In this document: piece after piece, positions 1 through 10,366 of the stretch
How the letters are laid out: each line of letters begins with the position of its first letter
Numbering within the stretch: position 1 is the stretch's first letter
Assembly (NCBI GenBank): GCA_019894975.1
Contig: JAGXNO010000004.1
Coordinates: 1 to 64,000, forward strand
Origin: Promethearchaeota archaeon
Lineage (GTDB): Archaea; Asgardarchaeota; Lokiarchaeia; Sigyniarchaeales; SOKP01
Direction of reading: 5' to 3'
Length of the DNA stretch: 64,000 bases
The notes under the pieces: generated by a model
What the model saw: the letters and a program-made list of their open reading frames with translations, nothing else
Database searches by the model: none
Told to the model about the DNA's origin: nothing
Position numbers and translations under genes: made by a program

Positions 1-47
1 TTAAAATAATGGGCAAATGTCTTATTTTCTTTTCCGTATTTCTTCAT
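1..47 (-). CDS. N-terminal fragment of a CDS running off the window edge (MKKYGKENKTFAHYF...)
   Basis: ATG at 47 preceded by AAGAGG; frame is open to the window edge; an alternative in-frame GTG lies at 89. Confidence 0.45.
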   Translation of the reverse strand, partial: MKKYGKENKTFAHYF

Positions 48-98
48 AATTATCCTCTTAAATGTTCCAATATCTAATCTATTTTTCACTTTTTCTCA

Positions 99-464
99 TC
101 AACATCCTACATCTTGTTGTAAATCAATAATCGTATCAGGATATAAATTGAAATGGATATTTTCCCTTATAGGGTTGAATTTTCGATAAAGACCTTCTTC
201 GTCAGGAGCATATGGAGATAAGCCGACATCATCATAAATAACTTCGTCTTCTATATTTACGAATAATTGAAGATAATTATGAATATACCCCTCATAGAGA
301 GGAAATATCTTTTTATTCATACTTTCCATCTCTTCTTTATCAACTAATGCCAATACTTCAATAAAATCTGCATCATCCTTTATTTTGATATTATATTCCT
401 TTCCATTTTGCAAACCTTTTATCGGAATAGATATATTAAATTTTATTTTTTTAACTCCATTCAC
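99..464 (-). CDS. Putative beta-grasp (MoaD/Urm1/SAMP-like) protein ending in Gly-Cys
   Basis: Size and pattern (N-terminal strands, helix FIEVLALVD, C-terminal LYPDTIIDL..VGC) resemble Urm1/MoaD; no GG terminus. Confidence 0.5.
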   Translation of the reverse strand: MNGVKKIKFNISIPIKGLQNGKEYNIKIKDDADFIEVLALVDKEEMESMNKKIFPLYEGYIHNYLQLFVNIEDEVIYDDVGLSPYAPDEEGLYRKFNPIRENIHFNLYPDTIIDLQQDVGC

Positions 465-686
465 CTCCCAGTCAATTTTAATAAATAGAAAAATTTTAAT
501 TTATATTAATTTCCTAATAAATCATTTGTTATTACTTTTTCCATAAATTTCCATAGCTTGGCTAATATTAAGTAAGTAACGATGATTTCACGAAAATATT
601 TTTTAACAAATAAGTATATCTATTTGCTAGGAATAAGTTATAATTAATCAAATAGTTAAAGATGTTGGGTTAAAATTTCAGAAAAA

Positions 687-1778
687 TTGTGGCAAAGAGT
701 AGCAAGGAATTTTGTAAGTGCTGGAGGTGCACCTATTCCTATAAGCAATACATTAATTGAGCTACTTCAGATTCTAATGAAAGAGGATCAAGCAAAATTT
801 CTTCTAATTTTTAGGAAGCGTTCATTAAATATTGATCAGATTAAAGCTAAAACCGAATTAGATGATATAACATTAGAAAATATGCTCAACGAATTAATGG
901 ATAATGGAATAATAATCGGACTTCCTAGTAGGAGTACTGGAATTATGGTTTATTCATTAGTGTCTATCCTTCCCGGTCTTATTGAATATCCTTTTATGAG
1001 AGGTGAAAAAGGCAAAAAGCAGAAGGAAGTAGCTAAATTGATGGATAAATTATTTGATGAGTTGAGCTACTTGACTCAAAGTAATTACAATGTAATTATG
1101 GAACAATTTAAGGGTGGCAATCCAATGGATAGAGTTGTTCCTGTTAACAAAGAATTTGAAACAAATCTAGATGTAGTGTTACCTTATGAAAACGTTAAAG
1201 CTATTATAGAAAGAAATGAGATTATAAGCATTAATTATTGCTATTGTAGAAATTGGAAAGACAACTTACAAGATCAATGTAAATTAAAAAGCCCGAAATT
1301 AAGTTGCTTTCAATTCGGGAGGTATGCTCGTTTTCTTATAGATCACAATTTTGGTAAGCCAATATCAAAAGAAGAAGCGATAAAAATATTGAAAGAAGCC
1401 GAAGACGATGGTCTTGTACACAAAGCTATTCATCTGAAGAACCCTGGAAAAGAAGAAGACGCTTTTTGCAACTGCTGTAATTGTTGTTGTCAGTTTTTTC
1501 AACTTTATAAGCGAGGTATTTTCCCTTTTCATACTTTAACTTATTATATAGCAAGAGTAGACGAAAAAAAGTGCACAGGGTGTGGAATTTGTCTTGAAAA
1601 ATGCCCAATAGAAGCAATTGAATTAATGGGCCCTCATTCTATGACTATTCTTGATAGATGTATAGGTTGTGGACTTTGTGCTCATCATTGCCCCGAGAAA
1701 GCTAGGAGTTTAGAAAGAACAGGGCTCAGAGAAGTGTTTATCCCTCCCCCGCAACTAATTCAAATTAATCCAAGCTAA
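687..1778 (+). CDS. 4Fe-4S dicluster protein with an N-terminal HTH-like region
   Basis: CTGCGICLEKCP and CIGCGLCAHHCP ferredoxin motifs, plus CYCR and CNCCNCCC clusters. Confidence 0.85.
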   Translation: MWQRVARNFVSAGGAPIPISNTLIELLQILMKEDQAKFLLIFRKRSLNIDQIKAKTELDDITLENMLNELMDNGIIIGLPSRSTGIMVYSLVSILPGLIEYPFMRGEKGKKQKEVAKLMDKLFDELSYLTQSNYNVIMEQFKGGNPMDRVVPVNKEFETNLDVVLPYENVKAIIERNEIISINYCYCRNWKDNLQDQCKLKSPKLSCFQFGRYARFLIDHNFGKPISKEEAIKILKEAEDDGLVHKAIHLKNPGKEEDAFCNCCNCCCQFFQLYKRGIFPFHTLTYYIARVDEKKCTGCGICLEKCPIEAIELMGPHSMTILDRCIGCGLCAHHCPEKARSLERTGLREVFIPPPQLIQINPS

Positions 1779-1832
1779 CCTTAATATCTTTTTTTTATAT
1801 ACTCATTTTAAACTGTGAAAGATACTCAAATT

Positions 1833-2963
1833 TTAATATTTCAATCTATTTTTTGCGGTAAATATCTTCCAAGAGTAATTTCTCTTGTGGTTAGGATCTT
1901 TTAATGCAGATATTGCGTTTTTCATATGATCGAAAGGAAGTTTAGATCTCAATCTAATCAAATTAGGAATGGAATCAACAGTTTCTACGATAAATGCTTT
2001 CTCATTTAAAGGTCTACTTTTAAGGAAAGTCCAATTAATTTTACCGATTTGTAATTCTTTGTCTTTATTAGGACCTATTTCAACCCTTATTGCTATTCCA
2101 TAATGAAACATTTCATATTTCAACTTTTTCATATCCCATCCAAAACAAAAATCACCTAAAGAATAAGCAATTAATTTATTAGCACTACCATTGGAATAAT
2201 ACGATATTGGTTGTGGGCAGTGAGAGTGTTGCCCAATAACAACATCAAATCTATCCAATAGTAATTTACCATTATTGATTGTCGTTAAGCGGGGGTCCAA
2301 TTCCAATTCATAACCCCAATGAGGATAAATAATGTTAAAGGAATTTACTTTTAAATATGCTTTAGGCTCTACTAAATCATATAAATAATCACATGGGTGG
2401 TTTGACCATTGAGTACCCCCCAATATTCTGATTTTTTTATTGATATCAATAAATGGATTCTTCCTAGTGCCAAACACATTGAATCCACTATCTTTTAATT
2501 GATTTAACGAATTTATGAAGTGATTCGGTCCAAAATCACCTCCATGGTTGTTTGCTATCGATAAATATGTTTTATTAGGTGGGAACATTGTTTTGAGAGC
2601 ATCTAATATTTGAGGTTTATGACGTTTATCCATAATTTCTTTATTCTCTGTTGTAATTGTTCCTTCAAAATTACCAATTAAATAATCTGATCCTTTAATG
2701 AAGCATTTAACACTCTCGTCAATAATTAAATCTTTAAAATCCAAATCCATTATATCTCCAATGAACGTTAGAGTATATTCTGGAGAAATTTCATTCAATA
2801 TGTAACTTTCAGGAACAATTACCATCTTTTCTTTGTTATTAATACTCGGGCCGAAAAGATAGTGACCGAGCCAAATGAATACCTCCTTTAACGGATATAA
2901 GGATATTGAATTTCCTTTCTTAGATTCCTTTTGCCCATATCTTTCTTTACTAACAAAAGACAT
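1833..2963 (-). CDS. CapA/PGA_cap-family metallophosphoesterase
   Basis: GDIM, GNFEG, ANNH, HWGYE, GQHSHCPQP and YSLGDF motifs. Confidence 0.85.
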   Translation of the reverse strand: MSFVSKERYGQKESKKGNSISLYPLKEVFIWLGHYLFGPSINNKEKMVIVPESYILNEISPEYTLTFIGDIMDLDFKDLIIDESVKCFIKGSDYLIGNFEGTITTENKEIMDKRHKPQILDALKTMFPPNKTYLSIANNHGGDFGPNHFINSLNQLKDSGFNVFGTRKNPFIDINKKIRILGGTQWSNHPCDYLYDLVEPKAYLKVNSFNIIYPHWGYELELDPRLTTINNGKLLLDRFDVVIGQHSHCPQPISYYSNGSANKLIAYSLGDFCFGWDMKKLKYEMFHYGIAIRVEIGPNKDKELQIGKINWTFLKSRPLNEKAFIVETVDSIPNLIRLRSKLPFDHMKNAISALKDPNHKRNYSWKIFTAKNRLKY

Positions 2964-3143
2964 ATGTAAGGTTATTTTTTATTTCTTCTCCTATAAATTT
3001 AACGAAAACGTAATCTTTACGATAATAATTCCTTTGTAAGTATTTTTAACTTTCAAATGCTATTAATAATTATTAAATTAATATGGTAATTCCTTATTGG
3101 ACGATTCACAACTGTTAAATTCAAAGATCTAGCTCCAATTATC

Positions 3144-5357
3144 TTGGTAATGCTATTATTATTTGTTTCAATAGCATGCGCTAATATGCTTATACCTAGT
3201 TATGCTGTTATTAAAGAAGAATTTAATATACCAGAGGCATTAATTGCTATTCCGGATGCTTTCTTTGTGTTAATTAGCGCATTTTTCGCTTTACTCTGGG
3301 GATATTGGGCAGACAGGATTGATAGGGGAAAAGTGTTAGTGGCGGGAGCATTTTTATGGACACTAGGGATGATTTTAACAGCATTTTCACCTTCATATTT
3401 AATGTTGGTAATTTCGCGGGTCTCAAGTGGGGCGGGTTTGGGTTGCGTTTTACCTGTTGGTTATTCAATTATCTCAGATGCTATCCCTGCTGAAGAAAGG
3501 TCTGGTTGGTTTGGAACTCTGGCGATTTTAAGCTCAGTATCTAATGGAGCTGGTCAGGGGCTTTCTTCATTCTTAGGTCCAATCTTTGGTTGGAGATTCC
3601 CTTTTCTTTTACTTGCTTTTATAAGTGTAATCGTTATTATTGTCCTTTTCTTTGTGAAAATCCCTCAAAGGGGGGCAGGAGAGGATGAACTATTAGATTT
3701 AGTTGAACTCAATTTAGAATATAGTTATCGAATTTCTAAAGAGGATTTAGGCGTAATAATAAGAAAAAAATCAAATTTATATCTAATACTCCAAGGTTTC
3801 TTTTCTATTATCCCCGGTACTGTTCTTGTATATTTTACTACATCAATGCTAATAACTGACTTCTTTAATGACATTCCACCTGAAATACAACTTCAAACTG
3901 CTACAATCTTTGCCGGCATGATTGGTGTCGGATATATTTTAGGTAATGCTGTGTTTGCTCGTTTAGGAGACATATTATTTCGAAAAAACAAAAAGAATAG
4001 GGCTAGGTTAGCTACTCTATGTTTAATTTTTTCAATTCCTTTTGCGATAATTTTGCTTCTTTCATTACAACCAATAAGCGCAGCCAGGTTGGGTATTGTT
4101 TATCCAACACCAATACCAACAAGTCAGATATTGACTTATATATTTAGGACAATTGGAGCTATTTTCGTTGCTTATCCAACTTATATTGTGTTTTTTATAT
4201 TTGCTTTAATGGCTTCAATGTTAGGCGCAGGGCCAGTTGCAAATAGAAATGCAGTAATGATTGATGTAAATATGCCCGAACACAAAGGTACTGCTGCCTC
4301 TTTCTTTAAACTTTCAGAACAGATAAGTAAAGGAGTTACGTTGCTAATTTCATTTACTCTCATCTCTATCCTCGGGAGTGTATTTAATATGTTATTTTTA
4401 ACAATATTTTTTTGGCTCCCCGCAGCGGTATTATGGTTTCTTGCGAGTAAAAACGTAGAAAAAGATATGACATATAAATCGAGATTATTATCTGAAAGAA
4501 AACAAGTGAGTTTAATTGATTACATTTTTGAGGTGGAAATCCAAATGGATAGAGCAATTCAAAAAGTACAAGATTCTAAATATTACATTCACACAAATCA
4601 AACGAAATTTAACAAGCTCCTAGAAGATGCATTAAAGATTTTTAAATTCTGTGAACATGAAGGTGAAACAAGAAGTATTACTAATATTGAGAAAAAGGCT
4701 CACATAATCTATTTAAGAGTCCTTTTAATTAAACATGAAGCTAATAAAATATTCAAGAAACTTAATCGACCAAATCTTACTGATGATGAAAAAAATAACT
4801 TGAAAAAAGAATTAAGTAAAAAATCTATCAAAATTAGTGAATGGGAAAAGAGTACTTTTGGGGAAATCCAAACTTATTATGAAGATGCAGGTTTAAAGAT
4901 TCTTGAAGCACGACTTAATCGTAAGAAACATTTAGTTAAAGGATTGAGAAAAATTACTGAAGCTATTTTGATATACGAGCGTATAAGGCATTTATTAAAA
5001 GAAAGACTTGAGATCGTGGAAGAAAATCAAGTATTATCAGAGGAAGAAGCAATCATACGAGATAAGGAACAAGAATTATTTGATAAGTGTAATCAATCTT
5101 TAAATGCAACTATAAAATTAAAAGATGAGATAAATAAAGCCTTAATTCAATTAAAGCAAAAGGGGATCCAACAAGAAGACTTAACAAAAATCTCGGATCT
5201 AACTCAAGAATATGAAGTAGATTTGTATGATGTAATCGTTGACACATTCAAAGAAGATATAGAAACAAAAAATGCTCTTATAGATACACTAGAGAAAATA
5301 GATGATATATTTAACCAATATGATAACTGGAAAGAAGCAGATCTTACTGTTTTTTAA
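3144..5357 (+). CDS. MFS transporter (spinster-like) with a ~290 aa soluble helical C-terminal extension
   Basis: MFS motif A GYWADRIDRG and ~12 TM segments followed by a charged helical tail; frame is open upstream to ATT at 3096. Confidence 0.85.
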   Translation: MVMLLLFVSIACANMLIPSYAVIKEEFNIPEALIAIPDAFFVLISAFFALLWGYWADRIDRGKVLVAGAFLWTLGMILTAFSPSYLMLVISRVSSGAGLGCVLPVGYSIISDAIPAEERSGWFGTLAILSSVSNGAGQGLSSFLGPIFGWRFPFLLLAFISVIVIIVLFFVKIPQRGAGEDELLDLVELNLEYSYRISKEDLGVIIRKKSNLYLILQGFFSIIPGTVLVYFTTSMLITDFFNDIPPEIQLQTATIFAGMIGVGYILGNAVFARLGDILFRKNKKNRARLATLCLIFSIPFAIILLLSLQPISAARLGIVYPTPIPTSQILTYIFRTIGAIFVAYPTYIVFFIFALMASMLGAGPVANRNAVMIDVNMPEHKGTAASFFKLSEQISKGVTLLISFTLISILGSVFNMLFLTIFFWLPAAVLWFLASKNVEKDMTYKSRLLSERKQVSLIDYIFEVEIQMDRAIQKVQDSKYYIHTNQTKFNKLLEDALKIFKFCEHEGETRSITNIEKKAHIIYLRVLLIKHEANKIFKKLNRPNLTDDEKNNLKKELSKKSIKISEWEKSTFGEIQTYYEDAGLKILEARLNRKKHLVKGLRKITEAILIYERIRHLLKERLEIVEENQVLSEEEAIIRDKEQELFDKCNQSLNATIKLKDEINKALIQLKQKGIQQEDLTKISDLTQEYEVDLYDVIVDTFKEDIETKNALIDTLEKIDDIFNQYDNWKEADLTVF

Positions 5358-5363
5358 TGCTAT

Positions 5364-5630
5364 TTAATTATAAAATTCCATTTTTAAGACATCAAGCATG
5401 TGAATCTTCTCTTCTGCAGAGAGATCATGGGATTGTTTTCCTATCCGGTCTGTATAATCTCCATAATCTTGTTCAAAACATGTATTAATTAGGAATATCA
5501 AGCAATTTCTAACTCTTAATGCATCTGATATTCCTTTCTCAAGATCTTTCATTAACTTGATAATAACCTTATATTTCGTTACGTCGGAATTACTGCTTCC
5601 CTTTAAGATTTTATCGAAACAATCATCCAT
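5364..5630 (-). CDS. Hypothetical protein
   Basis: 88 aa ATG ORF filling the gap; no motif recognised. Confidence 0.6.
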   Translation of the reverse strand: MDDCFDKILKGSSNSDVTKYKVIIKLMKDLEKGISDALRVRNCLIFLINTCFEQDYGDYTDRIGKQSHDLSAEEKIHMLDVLKMEFYN

Positions 5631-5838
5631 TTTTAATAATAGTACTTAAATTCCAAATTCAACTTAAAGCATTCTCTACGTCTTAACATGAGGAATCATT
5701 AATTTAAAGGTATCTATATTCATTTTTTTCACGAGATAAAAGGAATATATTCTTTTCTTTTTATAAAATAAATTACCTTCTTCAAGAAATATAAATATAT
5801 ATATATAAATTCAAATTCTAAGACATTTGCAGCATTTA

Positions 5839-6336
5839 TTACAGAGGAAACAAGGCTACATTATCCCAATCTTTTAGAATATAATCCAAATCATGAATTG
5901 GCTTTCCAGTAACAATGATTTCTAGCTTCTCTTTTTGATTTGTCAAATTATATTTTTTTAGTACTGCATTAAGGGTAGAGCCTTCGGGCAATTCCACTAT
6001 TGCTTCAGCAGGACCAAATTCTCTTAATTCTTCATGTAGTATAACTTGAGTAAAAATAGATTTTATTGTTGTAATCTCTAAGAACATGATAGCCATCTTC
6101 TTAGGGAAAATTCCTATACGATCTCCATCCTCAACAATTTTACCTGCCCCACTATATATCCCATTGATAAAAACGTGACTTATATCATTCTCATCTATGT
6201 CTAATTGTTTAAGGATGTCTATTACAGTTTTCAATCCACTTATTTCTATGAATAAAGTATTAGGGATTCCTACTCCTTTTTTTTTATGAGGATGCTTATC
6301 TCCCAAATCCCCATACAATTTAATTGATAACGGCAT
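5839..6336 (-). CDS. Tandem MoaD/ThiS-like double beta-grasp protein without C-terminal GG
   Basis: Two repeats ending VFING...VEDGDRIGIFP and IIVTG...LKDWDNVALFP. Confidence 0.8.
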   Translation of the reverse strand: MPLSIKLYGDLGDKHPHKKKGVGIPNTLFIEISGLKTVIDILKQLDIDENDISHVFINGIYSGAGKIVEDGDRIGIFPKKMAIMFLEITTIKSIFTQVILHEELREFGPAEAIVELPEGSTLNAVLKKYNLTNQKEKLEIIVTGKPIHDLDYILKDWDNVALFPL

Positions 6337-6522
6337 TTTATAAAACGTGCTCGTACAATTTGGTGGTTTTTAATTGGTTAAAATTTAAGAGTAAATGGAA
6401 AGGCACTGCTTTTATAGAGAGATTGTTTTAGTCTTCATATAAATGTTTTCTTTATTGACCAAAACAATACCTTTTATAGCTAAAATTAATTGATTCAGAA
6501 TTCATTAGCCGAAAAATTATAC

Positions 6523-7077
6523 CTAGGAACTAGCTTCTAAATTTTGAACAAAATTTTCAATAGTCTGTTCCAAATCTATTATATCTTCAACTTCCTTTAT
6601 ATCACTTGAAGCTAGCTTTCCAAGAAATTCTTTTAATAACTTTTCTTTATTTTTATCAGTAGGAAACAATAAACTACTTTTATAGTGTTCCCAATCCAAG
6701 ATATTAGTGAATATTAAAAATAAAATCTCGATATGGGAGTACTCGACTAGACTTAATAATTTATCTTTAGTAATCATAATCTTGGTATGATCTTTGTAAA
6801 AATCTGATAGATCATCGTAGTAATTTGTTAATCTGGCTATATTATCCAATTGTGAACGGAGCGCTAATTTGTTTATCGGGCTTTGTTCATCTTTATATAG
6901 AATATCAAAATAAGTCATGATGAAGTCTTTTAGTCTTTGAAGTTTGGTTTGGAACACCCGAGTTTTAACTATGCGCTCAAACATCGGAGACTCCCTATCC
7001 TGGTAAAATTTTAATTCGAATTTGACAATATCTAATATGTCGAAGAAGAGTTCGCGTATATCAACCTGCTCAGCCAT
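6523..7077 (-). CDS. Hypothetical all-alpha protein
   Basis: 184 aa ORF with a strong RBS (GGGTGA) before the ATG. Confidence 0.7.
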   Translation of the reverse strand: MAEQVDIRELFFDILDIVKFELKFYQDRESPMFERIVKTRVFQTKLQRLKDFIMTYFDILYKDEQSPINKLALRSQLDNIARLTNYYDDLSDFYKDHTKIMITKDKLLSLVEYSHIEILFLIFTNILDWEHYKSSLLFPTDKNKEKLLKEFLGKLASSDIKEVEDIIDLEQTIENFVQNLEASS

Positions 7078-7229
7078 CTTTTCACCCTTTTGGTTAATCT
7101 CCTAAAGTTAAAAATATATTTTTATGAGTACAATTCTAAATTAATTTTAAAATATTTATATTTTTATATTTAAAGATTGTATATATAAAAATTGAATTTC
7201 TTTTTAAAGTACTTTTACTTTCTATTATC

Positions 7230-8213
7230 TTAGATTCTTAATGGGAAAGTACGATCTTGAATAATCGGTTCGATTATCTTAGTTAAAATTCGAGTTTTCT
7301 TTCTTCTTATTACTAATTTCTTGTAAAGTATTGCTCTTAGGTGGATTTTTATGATACGAATAGGACATCGAATCATGAAGTTCATATCATTTTGAGGAGA
7401 TTTTCTTAGATTTAAGAACGTATTGAAGAACCTTCTGGCAGATTTTTGTCCTCTAACTCTTTCAAATGAAATGAAGCGCTCAGATATAGCTTCAAGTGAT
7501 TCAGTATCTCTAAAACAATAGAAATTTGAAGCTTTTAATGCCCATTTGATTGCTTCCAATTGGTACCTGGTTGGTTCAAGGTTTTTAAATACAGAGATAA
7601 GAATTGAAAAAAATGAAATCATCAGATTCATAATTATACTCTTTATCATCTCGAAAAAAGTAATTTGAATCTTAGGTTTTATCTTTTCTATCACATTATC
7701 ACCATATAAAATAGTACTATTGGAGACTACATTTCCTAAAACAATATTTCTGGGAGCAAATACTGCAGAAAATACTTTATTTACTCTAAAGATTTTATGG
7801 AAATTTGCTTTTTCCCAATATTTAACTTTTGTTAGAAAGTGACTAACAAATATTCCTGTAGTTTGCTGAATTACTCCTAGAATCTTGTTGGGTAATTTTG
7901 TATCAAAACTTCTAAATTTATGCTTAATTTCTAAGGCAATGAAATATTTTTCTATTTCTTTGATATGATGATTAGATACTCTATTCTTAAAAATTATGAG
8001 CAAATCACAATCAGATACAGCTGTAGCCTCACTTTTTGCCCTTTGACTACCAAATAATAGGATTGACAGAACTTTGTTGATTCCAACTTCCTTTTTAATA
8101 AGAATTAATATATCCTTAACATAATTGCGTGATTGCTCGTTTATTGCTTCTAGATTACTTGAAATATTATCTTCAATTTTTCTAGTGCTTTCTATGGTAT
8201 AGGACTCATGCAA
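7230..8213 (-). CDS. Pol-beta superfamily nucleotidyltransferase domain protein with a helical C-terminal domain
   Basis: LLFGSQRA...SDCDLLII (GS...DxD) motif. Confidence 0.75.
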   Translation of the reverse strand: MHESYTIESTRKIEDNISSNLEAINEQSRNYVKDILILIKKEVGINKVLSILLFGSQRAKSEATAVSDCDLLIIFKNRVSNHHIKEIEKYFIALEIKHKFRSFDTKLPNKILGVIQQTTGIFVSHFLTKVKYWEKANFHKIFRVNKVFSAVFAPRNIVLGNVVSNSTILYGDNVIEKIKPKIQITFFEMIKSIIMNLMISFFSILISVFKNLEPTRYQLEAIKWALKASNFYCFRDTESLEAISERFISFERVRGQKSARRFFNTFLNLRKSPQNDMNFMIRCPIRIIKIHLRAILYKKLVIRRKKTRILTKIIEPIIQDRTFPLRI

Positions 8214-8326
8214 TTTAAATCAATAAAGGAAGGTTAAAATTATTTTCAAGAGTTTCTCTGTAATAGTATCAATTAAGATATTTAAATATAATAAAAATGG
8301 AAAAATTATTTTTTTTAAGTTGTTGA

Positions 8327-10366
8327 TTATTTGTCTAGATTATACGCTGTCTGAAATCCTTCATGTATTGCTTCCATCATCGTTCTCGGTTCTTTACTGT
8401 CCCCAATATTAAACGTTTTGTATGATGGATTCGTGGCTTTTACTTTTTCATAAAGATCGGTATTACTCCTCACTCCAGTTGCCAGGATAAATGTATCGAC
8501 ATTATCAATTGTATGGGTTTCTTCTTCCTGATCGGAGATCTTAATCTTATACTCCAGCGAATTCCCCTCGAAATTTGTGATTTCTGCGCCCATAATAGAG
8601 TTTATCTGCAATTTCCTTGAAATGCCAATCAAATATCCCCTTGTAGTTCGCCCCACGTTTGTAGCTAGTTTCGGTAATACGTCTATTATGGTAACATTTC
8701 GATTTCCTTTCAGCCATCGTTTGATAATTTCTTCCTGGGGTATCAATTCATAAAAACTAAGGAAGTGTGCAATATCGGAATTAATGGCTCCTAACTCAGC
8801 AGCCCAAATCGCTGTTTCTAATCCGGTTGCTCCCCCACCAACAACAACGACATTTTTCCCAACAACATGATCTCCGGCTAAAGCTTCATCTGCAAAACAT
8901 ATATCGCTCCCTTTTGAACCGTCAATTCCTGGAATATCTGGAACGGATAACTTTACCCCAGTTGCAAATATAACAGCATCCGGATTAAAATCATTGATAA
9001 ATTCTGGAGTGGCTTCGGCTGCGAGTCTTAATTTTATATGACGATGACGAATTTGCGCTTCATAGTAACTTAACATCTCCGAGATGTTTCTCCTGCTATG
9101 TGGAACAGCAGCTGTTTTCATCTGTCCACCTATAGATTCGCTTTTTTCTACTATTGTTACATCATGACCTAGTACTGCAGCAATTCGAGCCGCTTCAAGT
9201 CCACCGGGACCGCTCCCAACAACCAATACCTTTTGAGGGTTATCAGTTATCTTGCTTAGGTCAATATCTCCTTCTTTTGCAGTCATATAATTTCTCATAC
9301 ATACGACAGACCGGCCAGAAAAGATTGTGTCAAAGCAACCCTGATTACAAGCTACGCATTTCATTATATCCCAGAGTCGGTTATCCTTCGCTTTATTGGG
9401 TAATTCTGGGTCAGCTATTAGCCCTCTTCCCATACTAATTGCATCCACTCTTTCATCTCTTAATATCTGCTCTGCTATTATTGGATCATTTATCCGATTT
9501 GCCATAAAAACAGGGACATTCACTTCCTTTTTAATGTTCTCACCGAGATATACATATGCAGCTTGTGGTACCATCATAGGAATTTGCGGAATTCTGGTCT
9601 CGTGCCATCCTCCCGTTACATTTAAAAATTCTATTCCTGCTTCTTCATAATGTTTAGAAAATATTGGGCTTTTTGTCCAATCGTTAGAGCCTGGAACGAA
9701 ATCATCACCAGCAACACGCATTCCCACTATCATTTTACCCCCGACTCTCTCTTTCATAAGTTTTATTAACTCGATTGGATATCTTAGACGATTTTCTAAA
9801 GACCCACCATATTCGTCGGTTCTTTTATTAATAATTGGGCTTAAAAATTGAGTAATAAGGTAACCTGCGCTTCCGAGTAATTCCACACCATCGAAACCTG
9901 CTTCTAGTAGGCGTTCCGCGGCTACGGCATGATCTTCTTGTATTTGTTTTATTTGTTCAATTGTTAATTCTTTAGGTACCAATCGTGTAAGGTTTGATCT
10001 CACTGCAGAAGCGGATACCGCATTTGGACTGGGAAAATAAGCACCTTGATGCATTAATTGTGCCATGACTTTGGCACCATGTTTATGCATTTTTTCTGCA
10101 AATGTTGTGTATCCAGGAATGACTTTATCGTCTCCGATATATGGTGTACCTCCGCTGTTTGGATTAATTCCTAATCCCCCAATAATAATTAATCCTGCTC
10201 CACCCTTCGCTCGTTTTTCGTAAAAATTACTGAAAACATCAGTTACTTCTCCTTTAGGTGTGTAACCCAAACCCAGAGCTGGCATAACAATTCGATTTTT
10301 TATTTCCAAATCCTGAATTTTTAAAGGTTCAAATAATTTTATGAGTTTCAAATTTTTCACATTCAC
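8327..10366 (-). CDS. fadH: NADH:flavin oxidoreductase, 2,4-dienoyl-CoA reductase (FadH)-like
   Basis: OYE barrel (NRIVMPA, GYLITQFLSP..N.RTDEYGGS), CVACNQGC Fe-S motif, GSGPGG and GGGATG Rossmann motifs. Confidence 0.85.
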   Translation of the reverse strand: MNVKNLKLIKLFEPLKIQDLEIKNRIVMPALGLGYTPKGEVTDVFSNFYEKRAKGGAGLIIIGGLGINPNSGGTPYIGDDKVIPGYTTFAEKMHKHGAKVMAQLMHQGAYFPSPNAVSASAVRSNLTRLVPKELTIEQIKQIQEDHAVAAERLLEAGFDGVELLGSAGYLITQFLSPIINKRTDEYGGSLENRLRYPIELIKLMKERVGGKMIVGMRVAGDDFVPGSNDWTKSPIFSKHYEEAGIEFLNVTGGWHETRIPQIPMMVPQAAYVYLGENIKKEVNVPVFMANRINDPIIAEQILRDERVDAISMGRGLIADPELPNKAKDNRLWDIMKCVACNQGCFDTIFSGRSVVCMRNYMTAKEGDIDLSKITDNPQKVLVVGSGPGGLEAARIAAVLGHDVTIVEKSESIGGQMKTAAVPHSRRNISEMLSYYEAQIRHRHIKLRLAAEATPEFINDFNPDAVIFATGVKLSVPDIPGIDGSKGSDICFADEALAGDHVVGKNVVVVGGGATGLETAIWAAELGAINSDIAHFLSFYELIPQEEIIKRWLKGNRNVTIIDVLPKLATNVGRTTRGYLIGISRKLQINSIMGAEITNFEGNSLEYKIKISDQEEETHTIDNVDTFILATGVRSNTDLYEKVKATNPSYKTFNIGDSKEPRTMMEAIHEGFQTAYNLDK

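Noticed and set aside
5795-5806. (AT)n microsatellite
   Set aside because: Short and expected in an AT-rich intergenic region
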